A stretch of 64,000 bases of DNA from Utricularia gibba (lineage: Eukaryota; Plantae; Magnoliophyta): positions 2,170,001-2,234,000 of the forward strand of contig NEEC01000013.1 of the NCBI GenBank assembly GCA_002189035.1, read 5' to 3'. Below are positions 57,652 through 64,000 of this stretch, piece by piece. Numbering within the stretch: position 1 is the first letter of the stretch; each line of letters begins with the position of its first letter. The notes under the pieces were generated by a model. The model was not told where the DNA came from. It did not search any database and saw only the letters and a list, made by a program, of their open reading frames with translations. The position numbers and the translations under genes are program-made.

Positions 57652-58675
57652 CCACTCCATCCTCAGCCTCTGGTTCATCCGTGTCCAAGAGACTGCGGGT
57701 TCAGTATCAGGGCTCTCAAAGATTTATGCTTTACGCGTCTTGCCATTGTTCTTCTCTGTCAAGTTTGACCTTATACGCATTTTTGCCATGGAAACGTATT
57801 GTAGCATGTGAAAGGTTACTTTTTAGGTCCAAAGATGAGATTTTGAACTGAATCAAGAACATTTTTTTTGAACAACAGGGGACGGATTTCTGTATAAGCA
57901 TCTGGGATGAACACGGTTTGGAATTTCCGAAAATTTTGGCATAAATAAACTGTGTTGTGTGTTTTTCATATGTAGCAGGCGTTACAGAAACATACAAAAA
58001 TCCAAGACAGTGAGTCATCCTTTCTCTTGTCCATGTTTTCTGCTCAATCATCCCAGAATTTGATAGCAGCACAACTGAATATTGTATGAGATTTTCAGAT
58101 GGCGCAAGCACATAAAACATGTATAGAGGATTTCATCTTGCAAACCAGAGCCTCAATCCAAGTGAATAGGGGCGCTTGTAATATGGTCTTGTTATGTTAG
58201 GGTTAAAAAAGAAATGCATTTGTCACCTCCCCATCTGTCACTGCTGGCCCTCCTCCCCATTTTGGGGTCAAGATCCGCCACTGCATGTATGCATTTTGAA
58301 GGGAGCAAAAGACAGTAATGGAGTTGGGGCAAAAGCAGGAAGATGGATGTTAAGGATGACGTTTTAGGGCAACTACTCTTTAGGTGAGAGCATTTAGTGG
58401 CCACACATGCTTTTCTCTATTCTTGAGAACAACTTTGGGGGAAAAGAACACTCTCATGTATGTAACCATCTTTCCTTTGATTCAGTGATGACAGTCCAAT
58501 GACTAGTTATGGAGTCTAGAGAATGGAATATCATCCACGCACTTTTGAAACTGGACAACTATTGAATTGGAAACGGGCAAGTTCAGAGCCAAGAACACTA
58601 GCCATCAAACCTGGGCAAAAATGGGGGAGAAAACAGAACAGCTCACAGGGTGGGTGGATGACTTCAGCTTCATCT

Positions 58676-59806
58676 TCACCGAGACAAAGACAGGGACAGA
58701 GAAAGAGACAATTCTTCTTCTTCCCCATCATTACCAGACCTGCTGCTTCTTTCAAGTTTCGGTTCCTGAAAACCAAAAGATGGTTGACGACGCACTCTGG
58801 GAAGGATGTTGTATGGTTTATGATATGATGTGTTATGCCTTGAAAATGTCACATACTGCAGGAAGAAAATCGTTCTTCTTTGGGTTGGTGTCTTCCATAA
58901 CCTTTTCAGCCATGCAATCATCGTTCCCCTTTGTTATGATTCTTCTTCTACAGTGGCTGCCGGCGGCATTGGCAATTGACATCCAACTCATCTTCTCGAT
59001 TCTTGCTCTGAAGGGTAGGGTACATGCAAATAGTAAGCTTGGAGTTAAACACAATCCCGCCAAAAGAAGAAACTGCAGAAAGAGATGAAAATAAAGTAGG
59101 CGCAGTAAATGCTCTATTCTGTCTTTGCTCATCATTCTTCCTTCCCTTCCATCATCTCCCACCCCACGTTTCACAGAAAAGTTCTAACCTTTTTCTAGCA
59201 GAAATCAAGCACTCATTCTCCCAACAACGTCCTGCAATTCTTCTTCTACCTGGAATGTTCAAAAATTCAACCACACATGAAACCCTTTGCGACACACCTT
59301 GATAAAAAGAACAGAAGAGTAAGGTCGTGAGAAAAAATAGGCGTCAGAATAATGAGGAACAACATTCCACACAGACAGGCATGATACCTTGCTTGCTGCT
59401 GCTGGAATCATTTTTCATGCTTCTGTACATCTGTTGATGCAGAGGCATAGACAAAGTTTACGAATCGAGAGATAAATGAGCTATTTCGGTTTAAAGAAAT
59501 GGAGCAACCTGCAGATGGCTTTTAACATGAGAAATGGTTAGCCCTTTCACGTCCATCAACTGAAGAACTAGCTTAGGAGTTGCCTCTACGGTTACACACA
59601 CAAAGAAGAAAGTGAGCAAAAATAGAAGAACCAAGTTGACGAAAAAGTGCAAATGATAGCATCAAAAGAGTACTATCATGGCCTCCAAGCCTTTGAACAG
59701 CGTGGAGAAAACAGCGGTGAAGTTCAGGAGTCCATCTCAGACGAGGCATCTTTGATCTTATGTACTGCCTCACAGTCACCCCAGTATCCCTTCCGAGTTC
59801 TCCCAT
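58676..59806 (-). CDS. GARP/MYB-like transcription factor with C-terminal EAR-like LSLSLSL
   Basis: VRQYIRSKMPRLRWTPELHRCFLHAVQRLGGHD / RATPKLVLQLMDVKGLTISHVKSHLQ / MYRSMK. Later exons give KRARIE and EEELSLSLSLSLSR*. The middle exon borders are inferred. Confidence 0.85.
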
Positions 59807-60577
59807 TGCCCTGAACAGAAAGAGGGAACAAACATCAAGAGTTGTGTGAGTGTGAGAGCATATATAGACTGGTTTCTTTATTGATCAAGGCCAAATATAC
59901 TGCTTTTCTGTCGTTTTTTTTTCTTTTGAAAATGGGATCACAAGGAGGCCTCTGATATTCATCTTTTTTCACACGAAATGATTATGGAATGCACTAACCG
60001 GTGGCTGTCCCATGCAATCACCATTAATTAAGATCCACAAGTATTTATCATTTCATAGGCAGTTTTCTTCTACAGGTCCACGCTTTTCTACTGCACTGAT
60101 TGGAATTGTCACTCATGTCTGTTCAGCATTTATTTGATCACTTGGACCTGAGAAAGAAAAAGGGTTTAGCAGTTATCATAGCACCAAATCAAATGCATCT
60201 TTTTCTATAATCCTTCTCTATGCAAGCATAAGACAAAAATCCATTCCCTACCTATCCTGTTAAGTATAAATAAATATTATATGCATTCAGAGAACACAAA
60301 AGTTATTAGTTTAGGAAAGAGGAAACAGATAGAAAGAATGATGAAAAAGATACTGCCGCTTCAGAGGTCGAATGAATGTTTGAGGGTTTGATTCGATGAG
60401 AAAACAGAGCAGAGCAGGTGGGGCCTGGGGAATGAATGATGGAAATGGGAATTCTAGCAGTGTACCGTGATTCGTCCAAAAAACAACAGTTGTATTCATC
60501 GCCACACAGGAAAAACGGAACAAGGGAAAAGGGAACAAAAGTAATGATTTGATATGAAATTTGACCACGCCTTCAAC

Positions 60578-60650
60578 TCAGAATTGTGAAGCTTTTTTGT
60601 GTCCATCGGCCCCAATAACTTGAATTCACAGTGGACCACAAAATCATCAC
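60578..60650 (-). ncRNA. Candidate box C/D snoRNA
   Basis: GTGATGA (box C) to CTGA (box D) spans 73 nt. GCTTCACAAT just before box D is complementary to ATTGTGAAGC of 25S rRNA as I recall it. The terminal stem is weak. Confidence 0.35.
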
Positions 60651-61803
60651 ATGGAGCAAGCCTGCAAATAGAGTAGCTTGACCTGTTTTGCATTGCATTT
60701 CAAATTCCACAAGTCCAGGAGTCATGCTTCTCGAACCAGAGACAGATTGAAGTGGGAATTACAGTGCTAGTGCTGTGAGTTTCAGATAGTTGATGTTAAG
60801 TTAAAAAAACGGCAGGCAGTTAAGTGACTTTCAAAAGCTATTGCAGGCGCAAATGTATGTGATACTCGTGTCTAAGAAATCTTCAACTTTTCATACGCAC
60901 ACCATCAGTTGGCATGTGCATGATAGCATCAAATTTATTACACATTGGTTCTGCAGACGGAGAACTAGGGGAACAAATGGTAATGCCATTGTATGGTGAA
61001 CACAACCAACATTTGTTATACACGGAAATCAGGAGCAGCAAAGTGAACCTTCTTCTCCCTGGCAGAATAGAGGAATTCCATAAGAAATCACAGGAAGTCA
61101 AGAGCAAAAATTATGATGCGGAAAGAACAAGATTAAAAACAAAACCAAGAGAAGAATGCATTTGCAGGAAAATGTAAAGTATACTTATCAAACATCAGAA
61201 GAAGATAATGCAAGAACCCATCAAATCTCAGTAACGACTTTTTTTCTCATTACATGCGTAGTAAGACCCTATAATATAAAAAATACAACAAAACACTCAA
61301 CCGACAAGATACACAAGGTAGCTAACAAAGAATAATATAACCCTCCACAACTTCAAGATAACATCAGCAATTCAAAAGAAGAGTGAAGTCACGCTCACAA
61401 CCTAGATCCATTTGACTTTGAAACCTGTTAAAGCCATTACTTGGGTGATTAAACGAGGGAGACACACCGTGGAACGTTATATGGAGCAAAGTATCGAACA
61501 TTCATGCAGATTCTTATGGACTACAGTGATTGCAACGGCAGTTCAAAAAATTAGAAGGCAACTAAAGCATCAACAGAATATAATTAGAAAAATGAAGAGA
61601 AGTAAGCATTCGGACATTTACTTGGAAAAACGAAGAGACAATAAAATCAGCCCTAGAAAGCTAACCACAGTGCCAGAAGGCAACAACATGGTAACTAATA
61701 CGGAACCACGAATCAGTCACAAAGTTCAACCCACTCTAATTGAAAGTAAGAAAAAAAATAAGCACTTACCCATAAAAATTATTCTTCATCATCAACTCCC
61801 AAA

Positions 61804-62106
61804 TCAGGCATTCGCAGTTTTAGCCACCAGAGGAATTGACTGCGAAGACTGTGCCTTCAGCTGGGCCTCACGCTCTCGGATCTTCTGCATCTGCAGCATC
61901 CGTTCCATAACAAGCTCGTATTCGCACTTCTCATAAACATGCCGCTCATTTTCACACTTCCAAGGGAGAAAAAACTCCGCCCGCCTACATTTGTTTAGGG
62001 GGATCAACAAATGGGCACACTGATCCCTGTACGCAAGAGGCACCTTCTCCTCCACCATCTCTTCTTGCGTGGCTATCATCGTCTTCGACGAGCCCGGAAC
62101 CTCCAT
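61804..62106 (-). CDS. NDUFB7: Mitochondrial complex I subunit B18 (NDUFB7)
   Basis: MIATQEEM..VPLAYRDQCAHLLIPLNKCR..PWKCENERHVYEKCEYELVMERM (twin CX9C). Confidence 0.95.
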   Translation of the reverse strand: MEVPGSSKTMIATQEEMVEEKVPLAYRDQCAHLLIPLNKCRRAEFFLPWKCENERHVYEKCEYELVMERMLQMQKIREREAQLKAQSSQSIPLVAKTANA

Positions 62107-62282
62107 CGTCCCTCTGCAAAACCAATTCCCAATTTTCAGAACGATATATAAATATTCATTGAGCCCGTTCTGGTAGAAAACTCAGCCCATAGTATCTGAA
62201 ACGTGCCTTGCCGGCGGCCCGCACATTTGCTGAGCCGCTCGTCCGGGCGTTCGCCGTGACAGGGTAGAGGTGGGCGAAGGTC

Positions 62283-62343
62283 GGCCCATCACGTGAGCTC
62301 AATCCGGCCCAGAAGGTGAAAAAGCACGGCGGAGAAACACGTG
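62283..62343. promoter_or_regulatory. Site II and G-box cluster between divergent NDUFB7 and NMT1
   Basis: GGCCCA at 62283 and 62306, and CACGTG at 62290 and 62338. Confidence 0.55.
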
Positions 62344-63740
62344 GACATCGGACCAATCTGTCCGTCCAAGAAGTTTAGGACATGTTTTAAATTATTTGAA
62401 TTTAGTTAAATTATTAAATAAATATTAATATATGATACCTTTAAAATGATCTGAATAAATTTTTATACTATGATACAAATAGTTTGAACTCTTTATATAT
62501 ATCATTATTTGAATAAAATCAATTGGTGAAATTATATTCATATTGTAGATGCTCATTTTTATATTAGTTTTCAAAATTAAATACAATTTGCAATTTGCAT
62601 AGTCCTTTTTTTTTTTCCTTCAATGGACTGACTACATAGCGTAGGGCTGGATGCGGGTGACCACCTTTCGGTGTTCTCGATCGCTGATTGATTGAGAAAT
62701 ATTCTTTCAGCCGGGATAGTTTGGGGGAGCGTTGTGCTTGGCGTCATTTTTTCAGCGATTTTTTCAACCCGCCTGAGGTATACTGTGCTGAAGACTTTAT
62801 CTGATTCTTCTCGAATGCAAATATACAGCTCGATGGAGGATCTCCTTTTAATTTGCTGTGTGTTGGCTTTGTTGTTCGGTAGTTCAATTTACGGGTTTGC
62901 GTTATGTGCTTGTTTTATGTTAGGCTTTTTTTTTTTTTTTTTTTGGTTTTCAATCTAGTTTTTATGGTGGTTCTTCTCACGGAACGTTTCCCACCGTGTT
63001 AACAGTTGCTTTGTCAAATTCTAAGAGAACTTTCGCGTTAAGATTTGATTCTGTTTTTGGAATTTGACACGGTTGTGTTCTAAATTTGTTCTTTTGTCCA
63101 GTTTTTTTCTGTTGAGTGAAGGTGGAACTGGAAGAGGATCCAAAGGATTCCCAGAGAGTGCTTATCTGGGAGCGAAATTTCTGGTGCTTTTGAAGCTCTT
63201 TTTTTTAAAAAAAAATCAATCATAGTTTGAATAGAATGAGTATCTCTTTGTTTAAAAATAAAAATGACTAGCTTTCTTGCCTTGACATTTTCTTGATTGA
63301 AATCCATAACCTCACTGTGCTCGTCAATAGTTTGTGGGTCTGTTTTAGGTTATTGAAATCATTGCACACATTTGCTCCTTAAGCTACTCTCATGTTTCTC
63401 TGTTCATTTCTTTTGGGTTTACATCTTTCTTTTGAACAATTTCCTCAAACTGCTTATCAGATTCTTGCGGTTCATATTTGTTTTTCCAGTCTCTTGTGGA
63501 ATACACACCAGTTCTTCTAGGTAACATGATAGCATATTAACAATTTTGTAGACTTCGAGGATGCTGGTATTCTCATTATTTTGCAAGATTCTTGCTTTGT
63601 CCTGATCTGGGTACTAGATTCCTTAGTGCTGTGCTACAACTGTCTGAATTTTCTGTTAATTGTTAAAAATTTGAATACATTTTGTGCTGATATTTGGCTT
63701 TAACTGTTTTTCTTATTATCTAGACCGGTTTTGTGAGTAA

Positions 63741-64000
63741 ATGGCTGGAGAGGATGAACGGAGTAGCAGTAATGATGCCTTGGATGATGATAATGTAGTG
63801 TCAGAACTCAAGAATGACATATCAATTGATGCCTTGGCGAAGAAGGCTCAAGAGTCTCTGTCTATGGCAAAGAGGCACAAGTTTTGGGAAACCCAACCTG
63901 TTGGCCAGTTCAAGGATCTGGGTGACACGAGTCTGCCTGAAGGTCCCATAGAACAGCCAATACCTTTATCTGAAGTCAAGCAGGAACCCTATAATCTCCC
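63741..64000 (+). CDS. NMT1: Glycylpeptide N-myristoyltransferase, 5' part only
   Basis: HKFWETQPVGQFKDLGDTSLPEGPIE..EVKQEPYNLP. The frame is open to the window end and is absent from the ORF track because it has no stop. Confidence 0.92.
   Translation, partial: MAGEDERSSSNDALDDDNVVSELKNDISIDALAKKAQESLSMAKRHKFWETQPVGQFKDLGDTSLPEGPIEQPIPLSEVKQEPYNL

Noticed and set aside
58567-59088. 173-aa plus-strand ORF
   Set aside because: It is antisense to the last exons of the GARP MYB gene and starts with TTG.
61412-61936. 174-aa plus-strand ORF opposite NDUFB7
   Set aside because: It is a TTG-started, A-rich antisense frame of a U-rich intron with no recognisable domain.

Overview
Very gene-dense eudicot nuclear DNA with short introns and AT-rich spacers. 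I can support about 24 protein-coding genes, two of them truncated by the window edges. In order: group IIb WRKY (partial), DUF1068, EBS, a small secreted Pro-rich peptide precursor, a C2H2 zinc finger, CCT, SCL23, CYSTM, a plastid aldo-keto reductase, a PIF4/5-like bHLH, PAO2/3, GAPA, GEM-like, SRM1-like MYB, biotin carboxylase CAC2, a calumenin-like EF-hand protein, tRNase Z TRZ2, a poly-Asp unknown, PRMT6, HMGB, DUF3755, an LRR pseudokinase, an L1-domain protein, a GARP MYB, complex I B18 and NMT1 (partial). A deleted PICC-like pseudogene lies between CCT and SCL23. No tRNA, rRNA, CRISPR array or recognisable transposon ORF was seen. The most notable observations are: (1) an otherwise conserved GAPA whose catalytic His is replaced by Arg within four clustered substitutions (TMTTTHSYT to MMTTIRSYA); (2) an uncharacterised secreted peptide precursor; (3) a candidate C/D snoRNA with a 10-nt 25S rRNA guide; (4) a PAO leader with uORFs within only 361 nt downstream of the GAPA stop; (5) four single-base deletions in Gly-Gly G-runs across three genes, most likely long-read consensus errors. 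All family assignments are from motifs I recognise by eye and from memory, not from database searches. The species is not determinable from this window.
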